DNA of 64,000 bases from Eledone cirrhosa (GCA_964016885.1 OZ024742.1:294252001-294316000), one strand, 5' to 3'; shown: positions 27,521 through 40,785, counted from the stretch's first letter. The notes: generated by a model not told the origin, from the sequence alone. Numbers and translations are program-made.

Positions 27521-27562
27521 ACACTATGCACATTTCAGTGACCAGGTGGTCTCATCAGGTGT
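27521..27562 (-). ncRNA. Hammerhead ribozyme (shortened stem II)
   Basis: Minus strand: acac CTGATGA gaccacctggtcact GAAA tgtgca TA gtgt. Confidence 0.7.
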
Positions 27563-27716
27563 AAATTTCGCAATAGATGTATACCAACGGAACGATGGTA
27601 AGCTTTAATGAAACAAGCAAAGAAAAATAAAGAGGAAAAAGTGTGTGCTAAGCCTTTGACCCAGAGATGGACGTAGTAGCATGCTGCCACATTGGTATAC
27701 ATCTATTACGCAATTT

Positions 27717-27774
27717 ACACCTGATGAGGTCACCGGGCTCTTACGCAACCAGGCCACTGAAATGTGCATAGTGT
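27717..27774 (+). ncRNA. Hammerhead ribozyme
   Basis: acac CTGATGA ggtcacc..ggccact GAAA tgtgca TA gtgt; predicted cleavage after 27770. Confidence 0.78.
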
Positions 27775-27996
27775 TTACAGTAATAAAAAATTAAGAAAAT
27801 TCAACATATTTAGCCTCCTGTCATTTCAATATATATATATATATATGTGTATGTGTTTGTGTGTGTGTGTGTGTAGGAGGTGAGTTTTATTGTAGCACAA
27901 TAAAGCAAGGCAAATATCGGATAAGTAGCACTCTACAGTTTATAGGACTGGAGTATAAATAATATAAGATCAAAAGATGGTTAAAAGAGTTCCAAG

Positions 27997-28067
27997 TATT
28001 TTATTATGCGCATTTCAAAAACAAATATCATCATGGGACGATATCTGCGTTCTCATCAGATAAAATA
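27997..28067 (-). ncRNA. Hammerhead ribozyme in Penelope pLTR
   Basis: Minus strand: tattttat CTGATGA [36-nt stem-loop II] GAAA tgcgca TA ataaaata. Confidence 0.88.
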
Positions 28068-30754
28068 GGGAGAAATGATATGAAGCTTAAAAAAACACTT
28101 GTGAGCAGTGAAGTTTTAAATCAACATATGAAAAATAAAAGTAAGATGGATATATGAGATTGGGAAAAAATGAGGGGGGGGGGGTAAGGAAGAGGAAGAA
28201 AGAAAATAAAGGATAGTGGGGGAGGAGTATAAGAAGGAAGGATGAGAGAGGAGGAGAAATGAGTGATAGAGAGAGAGAAATAGCCTTTCCAACTGAGAAA
28301 ACATTGTCTCACAGAGAGAAATTAAAAAAACCGTTGGGAGATAATAGATAATTTAAAAAGATTTTGAAATTAAAAGTTAATGAGGTTTATGGATGTTGAT
28401 GTTTATGATTGAAGAAAAAGGAATTAGGAATAGTATTAATTTAGGTTTATATATTGAAGGGTTTAATAATATGTGCGAAAAAAAAGAATTTATTAATACG
28501 TATTATTAAAATAAAAATATTAATGATATTAAGGATATAATGTGAAAGAAGAAGAATAAAGGAATTATGAACTTAGAGGAATTAGTTAGGGTTTAAGTTT
28601 GTTTTTATGTATTGTAATATGTAAAAGTAAATAATAGGTTTAAAACAAGCATGGAAGGAGAGAATAAAAAAGAGAATTTAAGGAAGAAAAAATATCTAAC
28701 GTCAAAAAGTATAATTATATGTTTACAAACATTTTCTAATGGTAATATTATTTATATATAAAAAAATATTTAGTTTCTATGGCCAATAATATGAGGAAAA
28801 ATGGAAAAATGGAGAATGCTGTGGTGAGTAATAATATGAATTGAGAAGTAATTGGGAAGTAAAAGTTACAGATTAAAGATTAGAAATTAAAAAAGAAAAA
28901 AGGAAGAAAGGAAAAAGCTTAAAAAGAAGAAAGATAGGGGATCACATAGAGTGAGTAAATTGTATAATATAATATACTGAAATAAGGTAGAAAGATGGGT
29001 ATATATGTAAAAGATATAAAAGCGACGGATTTATTTTCGCTCTGCTTGCATAAATCCCATAGAACATTCCATAAAGTATACAGCTAATATCTCAATACCT
29101 AATTAGTTTAAAATCTTCTTTTCTCAAGAAAAGAAGATTTTAAACTAATTAGGTATTGAGATATTAGCTGTATACTTTATGTAATGTTCTATGGGATTTA
29201 TGCAAGCAGAGTGAAAATAAATCCGTACGTCTATTTATTATAGAATTAAAATTAGATATAATGGTAAATTTCTCGGCTAGGCAGAGATTACATGTTCTGG
29301 ATATGGAAGAATTCAGGTAAGCAAAGGCGTTGCAAACCTTCCTCCAAGAGATGTTATAGTTAATATTTTTGTCTTTTAAGGACCATATGAGTTCCGAGAG
29401 TGTCGTGTTAGTTCTTTTAAGTTGGTATTTAAAAGACGATTTGTGATTATAAAATCTTGCTTTAAAGGAAGTGGAAGTGGAACCGAAATAGGTAAAAGAA
29501 TTAGTACCAGTTATAACCTTACATTCATACACTAAGTTTCTATCAAGACATTGGTTATTAAGAGGACATTTAGTTCTAACAGGGCAATTACAATTACGAT
29601 TAGAGAAATTAACAGAGTTATTAACAAGTGACCTAGTATTATTTATAGAAGGAATTGGATTGGAGAAGATTGGATAACTTTATTAGAGGATAGATTTGAG
29701 ATTCTTTTTTTAATATTATTGACTATAGCATTTTTAACGTTAGTGGGGTGGTTAGATTTAAAATTAACATAATTGAGATTGGGTATATCCCTTAACACTG
29801 GCCTATATTACCCTACCATAAAAACAATGAGAATCTAAATTATGTTAATTTTAAATCTAACCACCCCACTAACGTTAAAAATGCTATAGTCAATAATATT
29901 AAAAAAAGAATCTCAAATCTATCCTCTAATAAAGTTATCTTCGACGCTAATGCCAATTACTATAATAATGCGCTTTCCAAAGCCGGCTATCCTGATAAAA
30001 TTAAATACAGTAAAGAAACCAATCATCAAAGGACTTATAGTAAAATAGTTAATTATGAACATTCCAATAACTTAAAAAGACCTAGATACAAAAATATGAT
30101 TTGGTATAATGCTCCTTTTCTCTATCTATCCCTAATAATATTCCTAAACTATTCTTTAGGGCCTTAGATAAATGCTTCCCTCCCTCGCATATCTATAGTA
30201 AAATCTTTAACAAACATACAATCAAATTCTCTTATTCCACCACTTCCAACATTATCTCTAAACACAATAATAAAATATTAAGTAATAAATTACATCCATC
30301 CAACACTGAGCGTCATAATAATAGCAGTAGTATACCCGACGTCAATGTTAACTCTAGGTTAAATTCAGTAAATTTAAATACGACGTCAAACGTAACTTCG
30401 TTGAATGTTCATAATACCAATCTAAATCAGGAAACTATAGTTCCTATCATAAATAACTTCTCCAATCCAATTCCTTCTATAAATAATACTAGGTCACTTG
30501 TTAATAACTCTATTAATTTCTCTAATCGTAATTGTAATTGCCCTGTTAGAACTAAATGTCCTCTTAATAACCAATGTCTTGATAGAAACTTAGTGTATGA
30601 ATGTAAGGTTATAACTGGTACTAATTCTTTTACCTATTTCGGTTCCACTTCCACTTCCTTTAAAGCAAGATTTTATAATCACAAATCGTCTTTTAAATAC
30701 CAACTTAAAAGAACTAACACGACACTCTCGGAACTCATATGGTCCTTAAAAGAC

Positions 30755-31652
30755 AAAAATATTAACTATAACATCTCTTGGAGGAAGGTTTGCAACGCCT
30801 TTGCTTACCTGAATTCTTCCATATCCAGAACATGTAATCTCTGCCTAGCCGAGAAATTTACCATTATATCTAATTTTAATTCTATAATAAATAGACGTAC
30901 GGATTTATTTTCGCTCTGCTTGCATAAATCCCATAGAACATTACATAAAGTATACAGCTAATATCTCAATACCTAATTAGTTTAAAATCTTCTTTTCTCA
31001 AAGGCTTTTATATCTTTTACAAATATACCCATCTTTCTACCTTATTTCAGTAAAATGTTAACTATAACATCTCTTGGAGGAAGGTTTGCAACGCCTTTGC
31101 TTACCTGAATTCTTCCATATCCAGAACATGTAATCTCTGCCTAGCCGAGAAATTTACCATTATATCTAATTTTAATTCTATAATAAATAGACGTACGGAT
31201 TTATTTTCACTCTGCTTGCATAAATCCCATAGAACATTACATAAAGTATACAGCTAATATCTCAATACCTAATTAGTTTAAAATCTTCTTTTCTCAAAGG
31301 CTTTTATATCTTTTACAAATATACCCATCTTTCTACCTTATTTCAGTAAAATGTTAACTATAACATCTCTTGGAGGAAGGTTTGCAACGCCTTTGCTTAC
31401 CTGAATTCTTCCATATCCAGAACATGTAATCTCTGCCTAGCCGAGAAATTTACCATTATATCTAATTTTAATTCTATAATAAATAGACGTACGGATTTAT
31501 TTTCGCTCTGCTTGCATAAATCCCATAGAACATTACATAAAGTATACAGCTAATATCTCAATACCTAATTAGTTTAAAATCTTCTTTTCTCAAAGGCTTT
31601 TATATCTTTTATATCTTTTACAAATATACCCATCTTTCTACCTTATTTCAGT
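30755..31652 (+). repeat. Tandem triplication (about 296 bp) of the Penelope ORF end and 3'UTR start
   Basis: aactataacatctcttgg recurs at 30764, 31060 and 31356. Confidence 0.92.
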
Positions 31653-31998
31653 ATATTATATTATACAATTTACTCACTCTATGTCGTTGTGATCCCCTAT
31701 CTTTCTTTTTATCCTTTTTCCTTTTTCTTTTTTAATTTCTAAACTTTAATCTGTAACTTTTACTTCCCAATTACTTCTCAACTCATATTATTACTCACTA
31801 CAGCATTCTCCATTTTTCCATTTTTCCTCATATTATTGGCCATAGTAACTAAATAGTTTTTATATATAATAATATTACCATTAGAAAATTTTTGTAAACA
31901 AATAATTATACTTTTTGACGTTAGATATTTTTTCTTCCTTAAATTCTCTTTTGTTCTTCTCTCCTTCCATGCTTGTTTAAAACCTATTATTTAATTTT

Positions 31999-32095
31999 CG
32001 AGGTTGACTTTGCCTTTCATCCTTACGGGGTCGACAAAATAAAGTACCAGTAATGCACTGGGTAATTGCTGGCCTTGTGCCTAAAGAAGAAACAA
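31999..32095 (+). mobile_element. 5'-truncated SINE inserted in the right arm of the Penelope fold-back
   Basis: SINE 3' part flanked by the direct repeat attatttaatttt; absent from the left arm. Confidence 0.85.
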
Positions 32096-32662
32096 TTATT
32101 TAATTTTACATATTACAATACATAAAAACAAACTTAAACCCTAACTAATTCCTCTAAGTTCATAATTCCTTTATTCTTCTCCTTCTTTCACATTATATCC
32201 TTAATATCATTAATATTTTTATTTTAATAATACGTATTAATAAATTCTTTTTTTTCGCACATATTATTAAACCCTTCAATATATAAACCTAAATTAATAC
32301 TATTCCTAATTCCTTTTTCTTCAATCATAAACATCAACATCCATAAACCTCATTAACTTTTAATTTCAAAATCTTTTTAAATTATCTATTATCTCCCAAC
32401 GGCTTTTTAATTTCTCTCTGTGAGACAATGTTTTCTCAGTTGGAAAGGCTATTTCTCTCTCTCTATCACTCATTTCTCCTCCTCTCTCATCCTTCCTGCT
32501 TATACTCCTCCCCCACTATCCTTTATTTTCTTTCTTCCTCTTCCTTACCCCCCCCCCTCATTTTTTCCCAATCTCATATATCCATCTTACTTTTATTTTT
32601 CATATGTTGATTTAAAACTTCACTGCTCACAAGTGTTTTTTAAGTTTCATATCATTTCTCCC

Positions 32663-32733
32663 TATTTTATCTGACGAGAACGCAGATATCATCCCATGAT
32701 GATATTTGTTTTTGAAATGCGCATAATAAAATA
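32663..32733 (+). ncRNA. Hammerhead ribozyme in Penelope pLTR
   Basis: tattttat CTGACGA gaacgcagatatcatc ccat gatgatatttgttttt GAAA tgcgca TA ataaaata. Confidence 0.88.
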
Positions 32734-32876
32734 CTTGGAACTCTTTTAACCATCTTTTGATCTTATATTATATATATATATATATAACCGATTGCTCATC
32801 TTACAAAGATATATGGTCTACTCTTCGTGGTAGGGTACGTACCGTAGATAGAGCTCAATGTAATCTGATAGCGAAT

Positions 32877-33000
32877 TTGTTTCTGAAGAAGACGGTCTGA
32901 CCGAACCTACATATGAAGTCTGATAGTATTCAGTTATATAACTGCTATAGCTCAGTCTATATGTCAATATGATCAACCCTCCGAAATGATCGTAAAACAA
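32877..33000 (+). ncRNA. Hammerhead ribozyme with 93-nt stem II region
   Basis: ttgttt CTGAAGA [32890-32982 long hairpin, apex cagttatataactg] GAAA tgatcg TA aaacaa, in a (TA)n-flanked insert at 32786-33064. Confidence 0.72.
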
Positions 33001-33061
33001 TGATATGAATAGGTAAAATAACTTGACTTTGTAGTCATTATTTTCATTGTTAAATTAAATC

Positions 33062-33106
<45 letters not shown>

Positions 33107-33261
33107 ATACAGAAACACACAGATACATGCGGACACATACATATACATGAATATATCCACATATATCCTTGAATTAGTGGTGCCAACCTCAACCGATGTT
33201 GCTCTATGAATAACTGGGACGAAATAATCCGAATGGATTAGATTGATTCAGTATCAGAGCT

Positions 33262-33598
33262 ATATAATACATTATAAAGTGAGAAGAAACATTAGATATA
33301 ATTAATAAGATATACCATACCCAAATTCTTTCTTTACTCCTCGACTACGTAGTGATTCACTCCCCGTCCGCCTTTCGGGATTCTATTTCGCGTCCTACGG
33401 ACGTGTTTTGAAACGTTTTGAAACTCTTAATGAGGTATCCTCTTGATAAGTCGGCAGACCTCACAAAAATTCTATATCTCTGTGATGTAGTGTTTTTGCA
33501 TAATATGCCACGAAACTACGCAGTCGAGGGGGAAAGAAGGAATTTGGGCATGGTATATCTTATTAATTATATCTAATGTTTCTTCTCTCTTTATAATG

Positions 33599-33603
<5 letters not shown>
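33262..33603 (+). mobile_element. Penelope-like inverted insert with a decayed hammerhead (33438-33530)
   Basis: Inverted arms of about 90 bp. cctc TTGATAA [62 nt, gtcggca..tgccac] GAAA ctacgcag TC gagg; the core differs from CTGATGA at two positions. Confidence 0.65.
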
Positions 33604-33651
<48 letters not shown>

Positions 33652-33654
<3 letters not shown>

Positions 33655-33892
33655 TAGATTGAGTTAGAAACTCAAAATACTCTTTTACAATTAAATAGCT
33701 CAAAGAAGGGAATCTTTCCGAGCCGTGTAATACAATTGGATATATGAGAGGGATGAACACTGATATAAATACATGTGTTCCAATTGCAAATGACCAAGTT
33801 AGCTAGGTTGAAAAAACTAACCTAGCTAACTTGGTCATTTGCAATTGGAACACATGTATACTTATATCTGTGTTCATCCCTCTCATATATCC

Positions 33893-33896
<4 letters not shown>
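33652..33896 (-). mobile_element. Fold-back insert in (TA)n with a one-sided tail
   Basis: Arms at about 33734-33810 and 33818-33896, unique left tail of about 80 nt; no hammerhead seen. Confidence 0.6.
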
Positions 33897-33927
<31 letters not shown>

Positions 33928-33928
<1 letters not shown>

Positions 33929-34834
33929 TAGCAGTGGTACCCGGCGTTGCACGGGATAAGGTATTTTGGAACGCAGGCGGCCAACAGACTTAATCGTGGA
34001 AAAACTGCATGCGTGGACAATATGTAAAGAAAATAAACCGAATACTCTGATGGCTGGATAATCTTTAAGATTTTCCTCGATGAAGCAGGAAAAATGCAGG
34101 TTTTCACCTAATGCGGGCCCTAGAGGATCAAGAAAATGAATTTTTTTAATGTGCATAATATGACTTGAAATTTCGGGAAAATCGGCTAGACGTAACGCCT
34201 CAAAAAAGCCCTAAAAAGCTGGAAAAAATGAAGTTTTTCACCTAATGCGGGCCCTAGGCCATAAAAAAGTTGGATTTTCTTTGCTCACGCTATGAAGAAG
34301 AAACTGACTAATACATAGTTACAATTTCAAGGAAATCAGTCTGACGTACTGACTCAAGAAAACCCTAAAAACCTGAAAAAAACGCAGTTTTTCAACTAAG
34401 GGATCAAAACTAGGGGATCAAACAGTTGAATTTTTTATGTGCATAACACTCCCTGAAACATAAGTAATACACATGCAAAGTTTGAAAAAAGTCGGTTGTG
34501 TACTTCTCGAGTTTTAGAGATTCAAACTCACAGACACACACACAGACATCCTTAGGGAAGTGACGTAATGCAGTCAGACATACAGTCAGATATTATAAGG
34601 GCGCGCCGTTATATGTATGTATCTATCTAAAAAGAGAAAGACTAAGAATTATAGAGAGAGATCGCTAAATCGCCTAATGCGGTCCCTAGGGCATTGAAAA
34701 TTTGAAAATTTCTTTGCTCAGAACACTCCCTGAAACATAAGTATTACATGTGTAAAGTTTGAAAACAGTCGGTTGGGTGGTTCTTGAGTTTTAGGGATTC
34801 AAACTCACACACACACAGACAGACATCCTCAGTT

Positions 34835-34840
<6 letters not shown>
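33928..34840 (-). mobile_element. Non-autonomous Helitron
   Basis: The minus-strand 3' end is the hairpin cccgtgcaacgccggg followed by CTAG|T; the 5' end reads tatatagaaaactgaggatgtctgtctgtgtg; internal subrepeats. Confidence 0.8.
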
Positions 34841-34914
<74 letters not shown>

Positions 34915-35049
34915 GTTTAACAAGGTTCAATGAATTCATCAATGAATAAAGTTTCACAATAGATTAGAAGCACTCTACAAGGAGGTTTTCTGGAGTTATT
35001 ATTATTACTTCAAAATATTAATAAATTTAGACATTCATGTGATCAAATA

Positions 35050-35115
35050 TATTTTATTATACATATTTCAGAGGTACTGAGCTATTTCAACAGTACGTCC
35101 TCATCAGATAAAATA
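35050..35115 (-). ncRNA. Hammerhead ribozyme
   Basis: Minus strand: tattttat CTGATGA ggacgtactg ttgaaatagct cagtacctct GAAA tatgta TA ataaaata. Confidence 0.88.
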
Positions 35116-35497
35116 AGTTGATGCCTGACATACCTTGACTATGTTGATGGTTATAATTTAGTCATGGCAGTGATTAGTTATGACAAAACTCAATATTTAT
35201 ATAGCTTAAGTTGAAACATGAAAAATTACATATAATACAGAGGGTGCGTATGAGAATGTGTAAAAAGATATATAAATAACTAATAATATATAATACATAA
35301 ACTTATATAACTGTTAAAAATTTAAATAATAATAATATATGCATACCTCATTATTGCAGATAGTGGAAGTAAGAGATCGAGATAGCAAATCATGAGGAAA
35401 GAGAGAAAAAAAAGGAGATTTGATCGTAGTCATAACTAATCACTGCCATGACTAAATTATAACCATCAACATAGTCAAGGTATGTCAGGCATCAACT

Positions 35498-35563
35498 TAT
35501 TTTATCTGATGAGGACTTACTGTTGAAATAGCTCAGTACCTCTGAAATATGTATAATAAAATA
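35498..35563 (+). ncRNA. Hammerhead ribozyme
   Basis: tattttat CTGATGA ggacttactg..cagtacctct GAAA tatgta TA ataaaata. Confidence 0.85.
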
Positions 35564-37084
35564 TATTTGATCACATGAATGTCTATATTTATTAATATTT
35601 TGAAGTAATATTATATATATATATATACGTTATTGCACGGCTTTTAATATTCGGACCAAAATATATCCCTATAGGTGCGGTTATGGCTTTTCAGTGCAGC
35701 TCTGAAAACATTTTACACCACTGAAGTACCACAGAACTGCCGTTAAAATCCCAATTGGCTGTATCTGCCAGCTTTGATAATTCCTCTCAGAATTGGCGAA
35801 GCGCCATGAAACGTGATGTGTTAATATGTTAACGACAAGCATAGTTACATACTGAACCTGTTAAAAATAGCAGCCAAATATCTCTAAAATAACATTATAT
35901 CGCCAGAAAATAAATAGTAACAAAGGAAGGGCACACCGGACAATGTAGTTCTTGATATATAAAGACAGATCTGCCAACCTCTAGACACCCAAACGGGGAG
36001 AAATGAGGCAAAATGGAGATTTTACATAATGAAAGCTATACTCATTTTTACAAAGTGGGTGGGAGATCTCCCCGACGGACGGGGAGAGTTGACAGGTTTG
36101 AAGACGGGATGATCATGATTGGCACATCCTTGATCATAAGTTTACTGGGTTAGGGCTGACGTGTGGTAATTCGGGCACTCATTCGAGTGATTTAGAGCAA
36201 CCTGAAATAAAATGTCTTGCTGGGAATCGAACTCACGACGTAACGATCGTGAGCTACTTATTAACCAAGCAACGTGTTTTATTCACAAAAAACAACGCAC
36301 ATATAGACATATATCCATAATTAGTTTGAAGAAGTGAGTCAGTGATTATATAACTTTCTAGACTCTCTCACATTGGAATGACTATAAGGTTAACTAATAT
36401 TGGAACATTTCCTAGTGGTATCTTCTGTACGAGAAACATCGTTAAGTGTGAGCTGTCGTTCTACATTAAGTATGCTGCTAGCTCGTGTGCTTACCTATAA
36501 GGATAAACGGAATTTTGGTGGAAACATTTCCTGTTTGTTTTTTAATATCAGACGAGATTTCCAGTGGGATTGTTATTGTTAAACAGGATTGAAGAAACTG
36601 TTCAGTGTAGGAGTGGGGCATCATGGTATCGGAGATGAGGGATTATCCCCCCTCCCCCTCCACACACACACACACAAATACATACATAATACAAACATAT
36701 GTGCGTACACACACAGACATACAATCATATATACATACACACATACATAGGTACGTACATACACACATACGTACACATGCTTGTGCGTTGAACCGTTGTC
36801 CGATCAACGCAATAGCCTGTTCATGAAATTACCTGTAGTTGGCTGAGTATTCCATAGACACGTGTACCCTTAACGTAGTTATCGGGGAGATTCAGCTTGA
36901 CACAATATATGACAAGGTCGACCCTCTGAATTACAGGTACAATCCATTATTTCCAGCTGAAAGAACTAGCATAAATAAAGACTTATAAATAAAGTGTCTT
37001 GCTCAGAATCGAACTCACTACCTTACGATCGTGAGTAGAACACTTTCACTACATACATATACAGACAACCGGCATTAATATAGA

Positions 37085-37305
37085 AAGGGCGGTGAATTGA
37101 CAGAATCGGTAGAGCATCGAGCATGCTTAGCGGTATAGAGTTACGGCCCTTCACGTTCTGAATTTAATTCCCGCCGAGGTTAACTTTATCTTTCATCCTT
37201 ATAGGGGCGATAAAATAAAGTACCAATAACACACTGGGTCGATTTAATCAACTTTCCCCTCCCCTCAAACTTGCTGGCCATGTGCCTAAATCAGAAACCA
37301 TTAAT
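37085..37305 (+). mobile_element. tRNA-derived SINE, near full length
   Basis: gggcggtgaattgacagaatcggtagagc head and the same body as 10877-11085. Confidence 0.8.
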
Positions 37306-39719
37306 AAATAGAAAGTTCCCTTATATGGACAAGACGAATGTACCAGTGTGAATTGTGGTACAAAATAAATGCATTTAAAAGAGGTTCGGAAGCTTCGCTG
37401 GCGCATTCCAGCTTGTGTAATATATTATTTTAAGATTTCATCTGTGATGGTTGTTGAGAGTTACAGAAAAAGAATTAGAATAAAACATTAGAATAACAAA
37501 AACAATAAAAGTGTTAGAACAGGTAGTTTCTATTTTTACAAAATAAATATATAAATAAATAAATAAAGCCAGGAAAATATTACCTCCCTACCAGATTCTC
37601 TCTCTTGTGTTTCCTTCTAATCTAAAGTGACTATTTTCTAACTCATCTTTCTCTCTCTCTCTCCCATTATCTTTCCCGATTTCTGTCACTTGTTCTCTTC
37701 CCCTTCCCCGCTTCTCTCTCTATTTCACTCTCACTCTGTCGTTCTCTATCCTGTTCTCTCTCTCCCATTATCTTTCCCAATCTCTATCTCTTCTCCCCTG
37801 TTTTTTTCTCTATGTTACTCCCACCCACGTTCTCTTTGATTCTCTGTCCACTTCTCTCTCTCTCTAGTTATGTATTCCCTTTTCCCCCCCTTCTCTCTCC
37901 CTCTTTCTAGTTCTCCCTCTCCGCCTCCCTCTTTAGTTCTCTGTATCTTATTCCTATATTGTCGCTCTCTCTCGTTTTCTCCTCCCCTCTCTCACTCACC
38001 CACTTTATCCTTCTCTCTATAACTTTCATACTCGTATTCTCACCTAATTACAGCAATAATGAGAATATTATTTATAGAACGTGTTCTTTGATGAAAGAAA
38101 AAAAGAAAAAGTAATTCAGAACCAAAATAGAAGTTGATTTAAAATAAACAGTAAATGATGAAGTACTGGTTTCTGATGGATTTATCATCGAACCTAGAGC
38201 GGTAGAAACTTCTGGCGCCATTGGTTCCTGAACCTCGTGAGCTGGAATGGCTCTCCCAGCGCACCTCCCTCACTATTCTACGGGGAAAACGCCTTTTCTA
38301 TTCTGTCTGCCGGAGCCGCGGGGCGACCAGCGCATGGGTCCCCATTTGCTCATAATAGTGAGAGATGGGAAGAGCAGGACAGACGGGGGCAGTGACGGTG
38401 GGAGTTTGGTTCCTTTGTGTTCGGACCTTGTGTATATGCAAGTGTAACAAGGGAAAATAGCGCCTATGGCAAACATTGAAATTGCGCCCCTGCCCATGCA
38501 GCAAGCTATATAGTAGTTGTTAGACAATGGGATTGACAGTGCAGTTTAAATAAATGAGGGTTTAGTGTTATTAGACTGCATTTTCATTTGTTCTACAGGT
38601 ATCCTTTACGCTTAAGTATATGTAAAGTATTGGCAAAAGTGTTAGTGTAATTGAAGGTAGTGATCTGTGTAATACTGATCTTTGACAAATATTAAAACTC
38701 TATTAAAATATCTGACAAGCCATACTATGAGGTATGCCTCTGTGATCATGTAGTTCCCAGCCCTGTATTTTTATATATGGGCTTAATAATTTATATAAAT
38801 GGTTTAAGGATTCAACCACCATAATCTTTCTCATCTATGATAATCAAAGACAGATCATACACCTGAAAAAGTTTCTTTTTTCACTCTCTGACGATAGCTT
38901 ATCTGACTTTAATAGAAAGTGCTCCTAGTCCAGGTAGCGCCCTCTTTTAAGTGGTGCCCGTGTACGTTGCCATACTCTACATACGTCTCTGTGTATATGT
39001 ATGTTTCACAGACACACACATACTCTGGAACTATATTATCAAATGTTTTGTAATGATAGTGGCTAATTATTCTAAAGCCATGCAGGAGCGGGGAGAGGAA
39101 CAGAGGAGCAAAGGTCACCCAATAATTATATTTTTCTCCCCAAACTACCAAAATTTATGTGTATGTTATGTAGAGAGAAATGGGAGAGATATATATAGAT
39201 ATAGAGGGGGGGGAGAGTTTGGTAGTAATTGATATAGAGAGGAAGGTTGGGAGAGTGTGTTGTATATTAGATAGACAGAGGAGGAGTGATTGATGTTTAT
39301 TGATATATATAGAGGAATTTGAAGAGAGTTCCGTATAGTAGATATAAAGAGAAGGAGAGTTTGATGTTAATTGATATATATATACCGATACTGCCAATCC
39401 ACCATATGTATAAGTAATAATATTGATAAAAACACTGAAGTTAATTACTCAGGTTCATTTATAACATTTCAAGATTTTATTTATTTATTTATTTGAATAA
39501 AAAAATTGAATGAAATCTTGACCTTTGTATTTCCAAAAGTAAGTTTGAGATTCTACTATTTGCAATTACTGCCAAAAACAATATTTTCTCAACTAAAATT
39601 TATCATGTCCTTGAGAAAGATTAAATTAAAGTATATGAAAATGACGTGACCTTGCCTTTAGGTTCAACTATTGTATTTTACTAGTATTTTAGTTTATCGA
39701 GCTTAAAGGGAGGAAAGTG

Positions 39720-40136
39720 CAGGGGCGCTGGAACTAGGTGGGGGTAATAATTATATATTTTCTCCCCAAATTACCAAAACACACATCTATTTGGATATGC
39801 GATACAATTTATGTACATGTTATGTTTATCGCATATCGAAGTTTTTTTCTTCATACCTTGGTTGATGTTTGATAATTGTTTCTACTTTTGGCACAAGGCC
39901 AGCAATTACCCAGTACATTACTGGTACTTTATTTAATCGACCCTGAAAGGATGAAAGGCAAAGTTAACCTCGGCGGGATTTGAACTCAGATCGTAAAGAG
40001 AGGTTACTCTTTGCGTCAAAGCATGGCGTCCGACCCTCTACCGATACTGCCAATCCACCTAGCTAAACTAATCACTACAAATAAATTGACCAAATTTGGG
40101 CCCCCTCCCAATTCAGAAATGCTTCCACCGCTCCTG
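39720..40136. mobile_element. hAT-like MITE interrupted by a SINE (about 39870-40062, minus)
   Basis: TIR caggggcgctggaa ... ttccaccgctcctg; uninterrupted sibling at 40558-40785. Confidence 0.7.
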
Positions 40137-40557
40137 ATAAGAAGTGAAGTCGGTGAGATTAAGCTAAAAAACAAAAAAAAAAACAAAACAAATAAACAAA
40201 ACAAAAACAAAAAGAAGTTAAGCTATGTTCCAAGCACAAGATTAACCCATTTGATTCCAAACCATCTGAAACCACTCTTCGTTCAATGATTCAAAATTCT
40301 TTGTTTTAAAGTGTTTACATTTATCTAAAATCCTACCATTATAATTTAATGTAAGAACCTTTGTTAAGTTATGCCCCAACACCAGCTTAATAACAAGAAA
40401 GTTCACCAATAGCCACAATAAATGAATATATATATATATATATAGGAGATGAATAAATTGAGTATAATACCAGTTTCTTACAAATGCGAAGAAGCTCGAT
40501 ATATTAACCTCTAAAGGAAGGGCACAGAACATATTTAAAAGAAAAATTATATATACA

Positions 40558-40785
40558 CAGTGGCGGTGGAACTAGGGGGGGGGGGGGCGTTCCCTCCCCC
40601 AACAATTATATTTTCTCTCCAAACTACCAAAACACACATCTATTTGGATATACACTACATTTTATGTACATGTTATGTTTATCGCATATCGAAGTTTTCT
40701 GGACATTTTAGAGTGCAAATCCCTACAATTAAATTGTCCAAATTTGGCTCCCCATCCCGATTCATAAATGCTTCCAATGCCCCTG
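40558..40785. mobile_element. hAT-like MITE
   Basis: cagtggcggtggaa ... ttccaatgcccctg; body shared with the 39720 copy. Confidence 0.7.

Larger units (their letters stand above)
27311..27828 (-). mobile_element. Penelope-like inverted pLTR insert in (TA)n
   Basis: Inverted arms at about 27466-27587 and 27692-27828, extra tail on the left, a hammerhead in each arm; homologous to 51660-51990. Confidence 0.8.
27873..32770. mobile_element. Rearranged Penelope-like retroelement forming a giant inverted repeat
   Basis: GIY-YIG-type ORF on both strands (29164-29532 minus; 30401-30961 plus: CNCPVRTKCPL, YECKV, YFGST, CNLCLAEK). 3'UTR mirrored in both arms, a hammerhead near each end, microsatellite flanks. 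Confidence 0.92.
34907..35611 (-). mobile_element. Penelope-like inverted pLTR insert in (TA)n
   Basis: Arms at about 35002-35184 and 35429-35611, left tail of about 95 nt, a hammerhead in each arm. Confidence 0.85.
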
